Shown: one piece after another, positions 50,104-62,036 of the stretch
Position numbering within the stretch: the stretch's first letter is position 1
Layout of the letters: every line of letters starts with the position of its first letter
Source: Anaeramoeba ignava BMAN
Lineage: Eukaryota > Protista > Anaeramoebae
Assembly (NCBI GenBank): GCA_028826165.1
Contig: JAPDFW010000056.1
Location: forward strand, 496,001-560,000
Direction: 5' to 3'
DNA length: 64,000 bases
Notes under the pieces: model-generated
Told to the model about the DNA's origin: nothing
Databases searched by the model: none
Seen by the model: the letters and a program-made list of their open reading frames with translations, nothing else
Position numbers and translations under genes: made by a program

Positions 50104-52150
50104 ATGTCTTTTTTAACTCAAAAAGTTGCTCAAGAAATTGATGATCTTTTAATGGTATTTAAAAAGCAAAAAATAATTTTCATTTTGATTTAAAATTTAA
50201 AATAAAAAACAAAGAATAAAATGGGTTATTCAGTTTATAGTTTAATGGAACTTGCAGGATTGAGTTGTATGTTAAATATATTTTAAACAAGACTCAAATA
50301 TTCTTTCTCATCTCATTATTTAATTTACAGGTGCCAATGCAGTTTATCGAATACTTTCCGAAAAAAAGATAGAAAAAGGGCGAGTACTTGTTGTAAGTGG
50401 TCCTGGAAATTGTGGAGGAGATGGACTTGTTGCTGCGCGTCATCTTCATCATGTAAGAACATTCCAATGTTATTTTGGTGACTAAAGTTTTATTAAAAGT
50501 ATTGAATTTTTTGGATATTTTGTTTATATCAGTTTGGATGTTTAGTTGAAGTTGTTTATCCAAAAAGACCAAATAAAGAATTATTCCAAAATTTAATTAA
50601 GCAAATCACTGGTTTGGAGATTTCCTTACTTGATACCATGCCTGAGGTTGGGAAAGTTGATTCTGATTATGATTATATACTTGATGGTATTTTTGGATTT
50701 TCTTTTAATTCAAAAGAAGGTAAAATTCGATCACCTTTTGATAAAATTCTTGATACTCTTTCAAAAACTTCTACTCCTGTTGCTTCTATTGATATTCCTT
50801 CTGGTTGGGATGTTGAAGAAGGTGATATTTTGAAAACAAATTTACAACCAGAAACTTTAATTAGTCTTACAGCTCCCAAGTATTTTCAATTTAAATCTAA
50901 AATAAATATAAAATAAATATTTAAATCTAGAATAAATATTTAAATCTAAAATAAATATTTAAATATAAAATAAATATTTAAATCTAAAATAAATATTTAA
51001 ATCTAAAATAAATATTTAAATCCAAAATAAATACTTAAATATAAAATAAATATAAAATAAATATTTAAATATAAAATAAATATTTAAATCTAAAATAAAT
51101 ATTTAAATCTAAAATAAATATTTAAATCTAAAATAAATATAAAATAAATATTTAAATATAAAATAAATACAAAATAAATATTTAAATATAAAATAAATAT
51201 TTAAATCTAAAATAAATATTTAAATCTAAAATAAATATAAAATAAATATTTAAATATAAAATAAATATTTAAATCTAAAATAAATCCAAAATAAATATTT
51301 AAATATAAAATAAATATTTAAATATAAAATAAATATTTAAATCTAAAATAAATATTTAAATCTAAAATAAATATTTAAATATAAAATAAATATTTAAATC
51401 CAAAAATAAATATTTAATTACAAAAATAAATATTTAAATCAAAAATAAATATTTAAATATAAAATAAATATTAAAATCCAAAAATAAATATTTAATTACA
51501 AAAATAAATATTTAAATCAAAAATAAATATTTAAATATAAAATAAATATAAAATAAATATTTAAATCCAAAAATAAATATTTAAATCCAAAAATAAATAT
51601 TTAAATCAAAAATAAATATTTAAATATAAAATAAATATTTAAATATAAAATAAATATTTAAATCCAAGATAAATATTTAAATACAAAATAAATATTTAAA
51701 TACAAAATAAATATTTAAATATAAAATAAATATTTAAATATAAAATAAATATTTAAATATAAAATAAATATAAAATTAATATTTAAATCTAAAATAAATA
51801 TTTAAATCCAAAAATAAATATTTAAATCCAAAAAATAAATATTTAAATCCAAAAATAAATATTTAAATCTAAAATAAATACAAAATTAATATTTAAATAT
51901 AAAATAAATATTTAAATATAAAATAAAAATTTAAATTGTTTTCTTTAGATTATGCGCAAAAAATTTTAAAGGAAAATATCATTTCTTGTAAATTATTATT
52001 TTTATTTTAAATTTTAAATAGAAATTGATTTTAAATTTTAAATTTTAAATTGTATTTAGAGGTGGACGTTTTCTTCCTGAAAGTCTTTGCAAAAAATATG
52101 AAATTAATCTTCCAAAATATAAAGATACAGAACAAATAATTCGACTTTAA
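50104..52150 (+). CDS. NAXE: NAD(P)HX epimerase (YjeF N-terminal family), 233 aa. Exons 50104-50154, 50215-50266, 50331-50452, 50533-50879, 51949-51987, 52060-52150
   Basis: Five GT-AG introns give AQEIDDLLM...[73 protein letters not shown]. Confidence 0.95.
50880..51948 (+). repeat. ~20-nt AAAATAAATATTTAAAT(C/A)(T/C)A minisatellite filling NAXE intron 4
   Basis: Directly visible. Confidence 0.92.
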
Positions 52151-52244
52151 AAAAGGAAAAAAAAAAAGAAGAAAAAGAAAAAAATTTTTTTTTTGATAGT
52201 CCAAATTTAAAAAATAAAGCAAAAAAAAATTTTTTTTCTTAATT

Positions 52245-53069
52245 TGATTTAAATTATTTTGAAATTAAATTATTTTGGAATTAAATTATTTTGGAATTAA
52301 ATTATTTTGAATTTGAATCATTTTGAATTTGTTTTGGAATTAAATTATTTTGAAATTAAATTATTTTGAAATTATTTTGAAATTATTTTGATTTAAATTA
52401 TTTTGAAATTAAATTATTTTGATTTAAATTATTTGAAATTAAATTATTTTGAAATCATTTTGAAATTAAATTATTTTGAAATTATTTTGAAATTAAATTA
52501 TTTTGAAATTATTTTGAAATTAAATTATTTTGAAATTAAATTATTTTGAAATTAAATCATTTTGAAATTAAATTATTTTGGAATTAAATTATTTTGATTT
52601 AAATTATTTTGAAATTATTTTGGAAATTAAATTATTTTGGAATTAAATTATTTGAAATTATTTTGGAATTAAATTATTTTGAAATCATTTTGAAATTAAA
52701 TTATTTTGAAATTAAATTATTTGAAATTATTTTGAAATTATTTTGAAATTAAATTATTTTGAAATTAAATTATTTTGATTTAAATTATTTGAAATTATTT
52801 TGGAAATTAAATTATTTTGAAATCATTTTGGAATTAAATTATTTGAAATTAAATTATTTTGAAATTAAATTATTTTGAAATTAAATTATTTTGAAATTAT
52901 TTTGAAATTATTTTGAAATTAAATTATTTTGAAATTAAATTATTTTGAAATTATTTTGGAATTAAATTATTTTGAAATTATTTTGGAATTAAATTATTTT
53001 GAAATTGTTTTGAAATTAAATTATTTTGAAATTAAATTATTTTGAAATTGTTTTGAAATCATTTTGAAA
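52245..53069 (+). repeat. Intergenic (TTTTGAAATTAAATTA / TTTTGAAATTA)n array between the convergent NAXE and AGL genes
   Basis: 16- and 11-nt units abutting the AGL stop codon. Confidence 0.92.
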
Positions 53070-56000
53070 TTATTTCTTTTTCTCAAAATCAAATTCAATA
53101 TCAAAATCAAAATCAAAATCAAGAGAATCAGATTGATAAGAAAGATGTTTTAAATCATAAAGAAAATCCAATAAAGTAGCAGCACTCCAAGCTTGTGATT
53201 TACAACTATCATTACAATAAGAACCATCTTTATTAGTAAGTTCTGGAAGACCGAAAAATTTAGGAGAAATTAATTCAACCCAAAGATTATGAAGAACCTT
53301 TAAAATAGTTGGATTGAGAAAGAAATTATCATTATATAAATGTGGACCAGTTTTGAAAGTGTCACGAATTTGATCATCGAATTTATTGAACTGCAAAACA
53401 GCACGCAAAAAGTAACCGGTCAACCAAAGCCATTCAGGTCCATTGTGATAATTATAACCGCCAGCAATACTTTTGTCTTCTGAATCAAGAGAATTATTAT
53501 AATTGGGACGATATCTCGGATCTTTTGGTGAAAGTGTCCGCATTCCAAATGGTCCCAGAAGCTCATTTTGAATCGCAAATAACGCGTTTTGCGCATGTTT
53601 TCTTTCGAAGAGCTCAGGAGCAACAACCATAGCTATGAGCATGTTGGGACGGAATTGATAGTCGGCGTAATCCAATGATGATCCAATTGTATCTTTATAA
53701 ATTCCTCTTTTTTGAATTAATTGTTGATCAATTACAAACATTGAATCATTTTCGGATAATTCAGGAATAAAGAAAGAACTTTCGAAAGATTGATCTAGCA
53801 AATCACTCCATTGAGAATATGACAAGAACATTTTGTTTGATTTTCTTTTTGAAATTTCAACTCCTTCATGAGGAAAATATTTTTTTTGATTTGAATCCGA
53901 AAAAATTTGAGAAAGCCATCTAATGGTTGATCTAAGAAGTCCAATTATTTCTATTGCAGCACCATCTCTTGGTGTTGCTGGCTTTCCGAAATTCCCTGAT
54001 TTTTTGGATGAGCCATTTTTGTCCATCCAAGTTCCACAATTATATTGATTTCCACCGAAAATAAACCCAGTTGTTGAATCAAAGTTAATTTGAATTTGAA
54101 ATCCTTTTTGGTTCATTACTGGATCGAGTGAATTTCCTGCGTTCCATTCAACAAAATCAATACCGTTTGCGTGTGAAGTCATAATGTGTTGAATCATATC
54201 GCTTATTTTCCATGTTCGATATCCTTCTTTTTTCAGTTCTTTCATGTATTTTTCATGTTCTGTTTGTGAATCAAATGGATAAAGTCTTGGAATTTCTCGA
54301 TTTAAAAATTCATTTCCTTCTGGTGACATTAAACAATAATCTTGAATTGCTTGTAAAAACCACCATACAGAATCTCTTGAGTTATATCTTGGTGTTTTTC
54401 CTGAGTCAAGAAGATTTGGAATTAATCCATGTCTAATCAAAAAATTTTGAATTTTATAAATTTTTAAATTCAATTTTTAAATTCATTTTTAAATTCATTT
54501 TTAAATTAAATTCATTTTTAAATTCATTTCTAAATTTTAAATTCATTTCATTTTTGAATTAATTTTTAAATTCATTTTTGAATTTTTTAAATTAATTTTT
54601 GAATTCAATTTTTAAAATTTTTAAATTCATTTTTAAATTCAATTTTTAAATTCAATTTTAAATTCAATTTTAAATTAATTTTTAAATTCAATTCATTTTT
54701 AAATTTGAAATTTATTTTTAAATTCATTTTTAAATTTATTTTTAAATTCATTTCTAAATTCATTTTTAAATTCATTTTTAAATTCATTTTTAAATTAAAT
54801 TCATTTTTAAATTCATTTCTAAATTCATTTTTGAATTCATTTTTAAATTCATTTTTGAATTCATTTTTAAATTCATTTTTAAATTCATTTTTAAATTAAA
54901 TTTTAAATTCATTTTTAAATTCATTTTTAAATTCATTTTTAAATTCATTTTTAAATTCATTTTTAAATTCATTTTTAAATTCATTTTTAAATTCATTTTT
55001 AAATTAAATTCATTTTTAAATTCATTTTTAAATTCATTTTTAAATTCATTTTTAAATTCATTTTTAAATTCATTTTTAAATTCATTTTTAAATTCATTTT
55101 TAAATTTTAAATTCATTTTTAAATTCAATTTTAAATTTTTAAATTCATTTTTAAATTAAATTCATTTTTAAATTCATTTTTAAATTCAATTTTAAATTTT
55201 AAATTAAATTCATTTTTAAATTTTAAATTAAATTCATTTTTAAATTTTAAATTAAATTAATTTTTAAATTAATTTTTAAATTAAATTCATTTTTGAATTT
55301 TAAATTAAATTCAAGAAAAAATACCTGACTGAACTCCCAAAAGCAATCAACAAATTACGCGCTTCATTAAATCTCTTTGTAACAAGAAACAAACCACGAA
55401 GAGAAATAAAAGTATCTCTTCCCCAACAACGAACAAAACCAGTTGCAAAATGAGGAAGACCAGCAGACAAAGAAGGAACAAAATTAAAAGTGTTTTTTTC
55501 AGGATCTAAAGAATCCTTTGGAGGGTAGTAGAAATGAGAAAGAAGAGGAGCGTCTCTAACCTCACCAAATAACTGGACACTAACCATTGCAAGTTCATTA
55601 GCAAAGGAAATATTTGAGGGAGAAATAAGAGTACTTTGCATCAAAACAAGACACCTTTTTTTTGCATTCTGATACGCATGATTTACAACCCGATCAAAAT
55701 ATCGAGGTACAAGAAAACGAGGAAGAGTTTTAACCATTGTAAACTTGTCTTCAAGCCAGTTGCGAAACGGTATGATGTTGCGGGATTGATATAACCTGTT
55801 GAGAATGTAATCCAGAAGCCAATCACCGTTTATGATGTTTCTGATCAACGGATGATTTAAAGAGCGTGATTTTCGCGCAGAATCAAGAACGCTGATGGTA
55901 CCTTCAAGCCCGCAAAAGGGCATTTCTCCATATGAAGGAACAATATATGAATTTCCGTTATTGTGAGATTTTTCTTCTTCTTTTGTTCGATAAAGAATAA

Positions 56001-59000
56001 GATTCAAATCAAGAAGATTTGTTGTTGATAAAATTTCTTGAATTGAGTTTTCTCCAAATCGTAATTGATTCAAATTATCAATGATTTTCTTTGTTTGATT
56101 TCCAAAATGCACTTTTAAAATCAAAACATCTCCTGATGTGAATTCTTTGATTGTTAAGTTTTGAGTGATGATTTCTTGATTTATATCTTCATTGATTTTC
56201 TTTTCAAGTTTGAGTGTGAAAATATTTGCGAGTTCTTCAAAATTAAAGTTTGATTTGAAATCAATTTTTTTTTGGATTCCTTTAATAATATTTTTATCTT
56301 TTTCAAAATTTGATAATTCTTTCTCATCAATATGTAAATTTGCATAAAGAATTCCTTTTTTAACAAATCCAGGAACTTCAATAATAGTATCTGTTTGTTT
56401 TTGAGCACCATTTTTAAAAGAAGGAAAACAAACGCATAAAAGGCCTTTATGTTTATGTGGATTCAATCGATGAACAACAATCAAATTTCCATTTTGTTTA
56501 ACATCAATTTGATGATAATTATTAATTCCCATTTTCACATGAAGTGATGATAATATTTTCCGAATTTCAATAAATCCTGGTGGTTTTTTTTCGTTAATTT
56601 TGCAATATAATCTTTTCTCAAGAACTACATGTGGATTTTCTGGAACAAGTTCATCAAAACATCTTGTACTTCCTATTGCTGAAAATGCAAATGATGTTAA
56701 TGCTGCGTTTGATATTCTGTCAGAGATAAGTCGATTATATCGAGGGAATTGATTATCATGAGTACAATCCATAAATAAAGTTTTTGGAGGCATTCTTTCC
56801 AATTCAGTAATTATTGATGAAATTTTTTCTATTATTTTTAATTTTAATTTTAATTTTAATTTTAATTTTAATTTTAAATTTAATTTTAAATTTTAATTTT
56901 AATTTAATTTTAATTTTAATTTTAATTTTAATTTTAATTTTAATTTTAATTTTAATTTTAATTTTAATTTTAAATTTAATTTTAATTTTAATTTTAATTT
57001 TAATTTTAATATTAATTTTAATTTTTAATTTTTAATTTTAATTTTAATTTTAATTTTAATTTTAATTTTAAATTTAATTTTAATTTTAATTTTAATTTTA
57101 ATTTTAATTTTAATTTTAATTTTAATTTTAATTTTAATTTTAATTTTAATTTTAATTTTTTTAGTTTTAATTTTAATTTTAAATTTAATTTTAATTATAA
57201 TTTTAATAATTTTAAATTTAATTTTAATTTTAAATTTAAATTCCTACTTCCATCTTTATCTTCTTCTTCAATAAAAGATTTTTGTCTTGAAAGACATCCA
57301 ACTTTTTCACCACCATTACTTTTAATTCTATTAACAAAATCTTCAACACTTCCACTATTATATGATTCTCTAATCATGACAGAAATACCCATTTTAGAAA
57401 TATATAAAATATCACTTTCAAATGAATTTGTAAATAATTCAGCAACAACAAATAATTCAGGACGAACTTTTCTTGCAAAATGAAGTAAATATTGAGCAAC
57501 ATGTATTGGAGTACTATGACAATTATCAATTCTAAATCCATGAAATATTTTTGCCATTTTTATGGTGTATTTAGTCATGTGATCCCATAACCAAGGATTA
57601 CTTGATGGTCTACTTCCATAATTTAATTTAATACTATCAGACCAAATTACAACTTGTCTTCGAAGATATGCTTCTGATTTTGGTGATGCAAAGTTTATTT
57701 TGGGATCAATATTCATTACCCAACTATTTGATTTTAAATATTTAAATCAAATTAAATTAAATTAAATCAAATTAAATCAAATTAAATCCAAATTAAATTA
57801 AATCTAAATTAACTAAATTAAATTAAATTAAATTAAATTAAATTAAATTAAATTCAAATTAAATCAAATTAAATCCAAATTAAATTAAATCAAAATTAAA
57901 TCTAAATTAAATCTAAATTAAATCAAAATTAAATCCAAATTAAATTAAATCAAAATTAAATCTAAATTAAATCCAAATTAAATTAAATCTAAATTAAATT
58001 AAATTAAATCCAAATTAAATTAAATTAAATTAAATTAAATTAAATCTAAATTAAATCTAAATTAAATCTAAATTAAATCTAAATTAAAAATAAATTAAAC
58101 TAAATTAAATCTAAATTAAATCTAAATTAAATCTAAATTAAATCTAAATTAAATCTAAATTAAATCTAAATTAAATCTAAATTAAATCAAATTAAATTAA
58201 ATTTAAATTAAATCTAAATTAAATTAAATTAAATTAAATTAAATCTAAATTAAATTAAATTAAATTAAATCTAAATTAAATTAAATTAAATTAAATTAAA
58301 TTAAATTAAATTAAATTAAATTAAATTAAATCTAAATTAAATTAAATTAAACTAAATTAAATTAAATTAAATTAAATTAAATTAAATTAAATTAAATTAA
58401 ATTAAATTAAATCCTTCTCAATAAAATACCCATTATTTGCAACCCAAACTTTTTTCCCATCTTTTGTTTCAATAATAGAAAAATATCTTTTAGTAATTGG
58501 TCGATATTTCTTAATATCCTTCCCTTTTTTATTCTCATTATGTAACCAATGATAATCAATCTCATGTTTCAAATTATGACAAATAGAAGCAACTACATCA
58601 TCATATTTATGAAATAATGGTAAATTAATTGAATTCAAAACTGATTTATATTCAGCAAGAATTTGATCCAAAAGATTTTTATCATTTTGATTATTCAAAT
58701 CCAAAACACGATTTGGAGCAAACAAAGATAAAGCACATTGAATTTTGACTCTCAAACCATTACGTTTCAAATGAGAAGGAGATGTGATTCCTTTTGTGCG
58801 CAAAATTTTGACTTTTTCTTGAAAAGGAAGTTGAGATAATTTTTGGATTTTTGTTGTAAGATATGGAAATTCATTTGTTAAAAAACTCTTGAAATCATTC
58901 AATTCTTGCTCAACAGGAATAACAAAATATTCCCACAAATGAATGGAAGGAAGAAGATTATTCTTGATATAATTAAGAATACTTTCAAGATCTTTTTCGT

Positions 59001-60403
59001 TTTCTAATTTATTTGAAATGAATGGAATTTCATTTTTTGAGATTGAAATTGTTAAATCATAAAGTGCTTGATCCAATTCAAAAGCAGGAATCAAATGAGG
59101 ACTATTTTCTGCTGTGTATCCTGCTTCGGGATGTTCGGAAAGCCATTCCGATGTGTTTGATGTGTGATTCCATACTACATCAACTAAGGAAAGCATTTCA
59201 AAATTTTTTTCTAAATCATTAATTTTTTTTTCAAGAATTAAATATTGTTCTTCAACTGATAAATTTTTATCATCAAAAAAATTTGGATTGAGAAGAAGTT
59301 GATTATCAATTGAATAGTTTGAACCAGACTCTCCAAGTTTTTGAACAGGAGTGAAATGAATCATGTTATATCCTCCTAATTTTGCTGCGAGAAAAACTTC
59401 ATCCCAATCTTGAATTTTTCCCAAACATTTTGATAAGTTTGTTTGCAAAACAATTGATTCGGTTGGGATTTGAATGTTGTTGATTGTTAATCGAGGTTCT
59501 ACTATAAATAATCCCATTCTTTTTTTGATTGGATCCTCATCTTCAATTTCATAATTTTCTTTTTTGAATTTTGAATTTTTTAAACTTATTTGTGGTGAAT
59601 TTATAATTTTATTGCTTTTTTTTCGATTTAGTTCAATTAGATCATTTTTTGTTCCAATAAAATATCTGAAATTTCCAGGAACTTCAACATGAATTTCTGC
59701 AAACCAATCTTCCAAAGCAGATAAACTTTTAATTCTATATTTTAAAATTATTTATAAAATTAAATATAAAATTATTTATTAAATTATTATTAAAATTAAA
59801 TATAATATTAATTATAAAATTATTTATTAAATTATTTATTAAAATTATTTATTAAATTATTTATTAAAATTATTTATAAAATTATTTATAAAATTATTTA
59901 TAAAATTATTTATAAAATTATTTATAAAATTATTTATAAAATTATTTATAAAATTATTTATAAAATTATTTATAAAATTATTTATAAAATTATTTATAAA
60001 ATTATTTATAAAATTATTTATAAAATTATTTATAAAATTATTTATAAAATTAATTATTAAATTATTTATAAAATTATTTATAAAATTAAATATAAAATTA
60101 TTTATAAAATTAAATATAAAATTAAATATAAAATTATTTATAAAATTATTAATAAAATTATTAATAAAATTATTTATTAAATTATTTATAAAATTACCGT
60201 TTAACTTTATGAAATGTTTTTTTCTCATTTGATTTAGTTTTCTTTGTTGGATAATCTGTTATTAAACAAGTTTTACTTCCTAAATGAACTGAAGAACCAA
60301 AAGGCACAACAACTCGAAAAAAAGAATTTCTTGGAACATAAACAACTCCATCAACTGGTGGTTTTCCAAATTCATCCAAAGTTACAGTCCAAACATGTTT
60401 CAT
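53070..60403 (-). CDS. AGL: Glycogen debranching enzyme (4-alpha-glucanotransferase/amylo-1,6-glucosidase), 1617 aa. Exons 60403-60198, 59734-58430, 57723-57248, 56828-55325, 54432-53070
   Basis: Four GT-AG introns. Motifs GYNMIHFTPVQ, DVVWNHT, NNGWV, GFRIDNCHS, VVAELF, MDCTHDN, AGLPHF...RCWGRDTFISLRG, RHGLIPNLLD, CGTWMDK, YHNGPEW, GLPELTN, QAWS; catalytic acids retained. Confidence 0.97.
54433..60197 (-). repeat. AGL introns, each with its own array (+ strand units): AAATTCATTTTT 54433-55324; AATTTT 56829-57247; AAATT/AAATCT 57724-58429; ATAAAATTATTT 59735-60197
   Basis: Directly visible. Confidence 0.9.
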
Positions 60404-60476
60404 TTCAATAAAAAATTTAAAAAAGAAAAAAAGAAAAAAAATGAATTTTTTAATTTTAATTTTTATTTTTTTATTT

Positions 60477-61804
60477 TTAAAGTTCTTTTTTTTCCGATTT
60501 AGATTTCTTTTTTAATTTTAAATCAATTTCTAAATCTGTTTCAACTTCCCATTCTGATTGAATTTCAAAATCTGATTCTAATTCAAATTCTAAATCAGAA
60601 TCAATTTCTAATTCAGATTCAATTTCTAAATCAGATTCAATAGTTTCATTTCTTTTCATTTTTTCTTCAATTATTTTCATCTTTTCTTGAATTTCAAAAA
60701 ATTTTTCTTTTTCAATTTCTTTACTTTTTCCCCAAGTATTTTGTGCAAATTTAACTGCATATTCAAAATCATCAGTAATTAAAATATTATCAAAAATTGT
60801 TCCAGATTGAACTTGAGCAAATTTTAAAGCAATTAAACCCAAATTTTTAAAAATAATTTTTTTGGACTAATGAAAAAAGAATAAAAAATTGAGAATTTTT
60901 TGATCAAATGAGAAAAAAATTTAATTTATTAATTTATTAAAATTTTTTTTTATTTACATTTTTGTTTTGATTTTCTAAATTGGATTCAATATATTCTTCA
61001 AATTGATTAAAATTCCAATCATTTAATAAAGAACCACTTTCAATTTTTTTTAAATCAACCCAAACCTAAATTAAAAACAAAAAATATAAATTAATTAAAA
61101 AATTTAAAAAATTAAAAATAATTTTACTTCATATTGATTTTCAGGTTTAAGAACAAGAGTATAAACATGAGTAAATTTATCTTTTTCCCAATCAACAACT
61201 TTTTTCCACATTAATTTTGAGTTATTATAACCCAAAATAAATTGAATTCTTTTATGTTTTGCACAAATATCTGGACCAAAAAGAATTCTTTTTTTTTTTT
61301 AATAAAAATAAAAATAAAAATAAAAAAAAAGGTGAAAAAGAATTTTAAAATAAGATGCAGGCAAAAAAAAAAAAAAAACGGAAATTAAAAATTATAAATT
61401 AATTAAAATTAATACTTGTATTCATTTTCTCGATCAAGTACTTTTTGATCAGCATCAGATCCAAAAATTTGAATATATCCTCCTCCACATTCAATATCTT
61501 GAGTAAATTTAACAGAAAATTGAATCACAATTGTTTTATTTTCAGTTGATTGTATTTCTTCCCAAAATTTTGAACTAATTGCATAAAGTTTATTATTTGT
61601 TTTAGATTTCAATCCAATATCAACTCGAGGATTTCCAAACCATTTTCCTGGACTTAAAACCCATTTTCCAAGATCTGGATCATTTTCTGAAAAAACCCAT
61701 CTTTCTTTCCAATTTCTATCAAAAGTTTCTTTAAAAAAAATTGTTGAAAATGAAGGAAATGAAATGAAAATCAAAATGAAAAAAGAAATTAATTTTCTTT
61801 GCAT
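60477..61804 (-). CDS. CALR-like: Calreticulin-like protein lacking the P-domain, 348 aa, with signal peptide and C-terminal KKEL. Exons 61804-61416, 61287-61128, 61065-60958, 60866-60477
   Basis: Signal peptide, then TIFFKETFD..WKERWV, VIQFSVK..QDIECGGGY, FGPDIC, DKFTHVYTLVLKP, SGSLLNDW, QVQSGTIFDNILITDD and an acidic tail. Confidence 0.9.
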
Positions 61805-61838
61805 AATTTTTTTAATAGAAGAAAAAATAAAACAATTT

Positions 61839-61877
61839 AAAAATGAAAATGAAAATGAAAAAATGAAAAAATGAAAA
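61839..61877 (-). promoter_or_regulatory. Putative Inr-like cluster upstream of the calreticulin-like gene
   Basis: Five AAATGAAAA units on the + strand, i.e. TTTTCATTT on the sense strand. Confidence 0.55.
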
Positions 61878-62036
61878 GAAAATTTTTACAAATTTTAACT
61901 AAAAATTTGTTTTTTTTAGTTTTTCTTTTAATAACAAAAAATTTTTTAAAATAATAAAAATAATCAAATTTGTTTGTTCTACTTTTTTTTTTCCAATAAG
62001 AAAACATTAATAAAAGAAAATAGATTAAATATCATT

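Noticed and set aside
61288-61415. Short G/C islands (CCG, GCCTGCATCT, CACC) in calreticulin intron 1 as a possible intronic snoRNA
   Set aside because: No C/D or H/ACA boxes or convincing stem; too little information to support.
2156-61415. Non-canonical (AT-AC, GC-AG) or trans-spliced introns
   Set aside because: All 39 junctions resolved as cis GT-AG with compatible phases, and no U12-type donor (RTATCCT) was seen.
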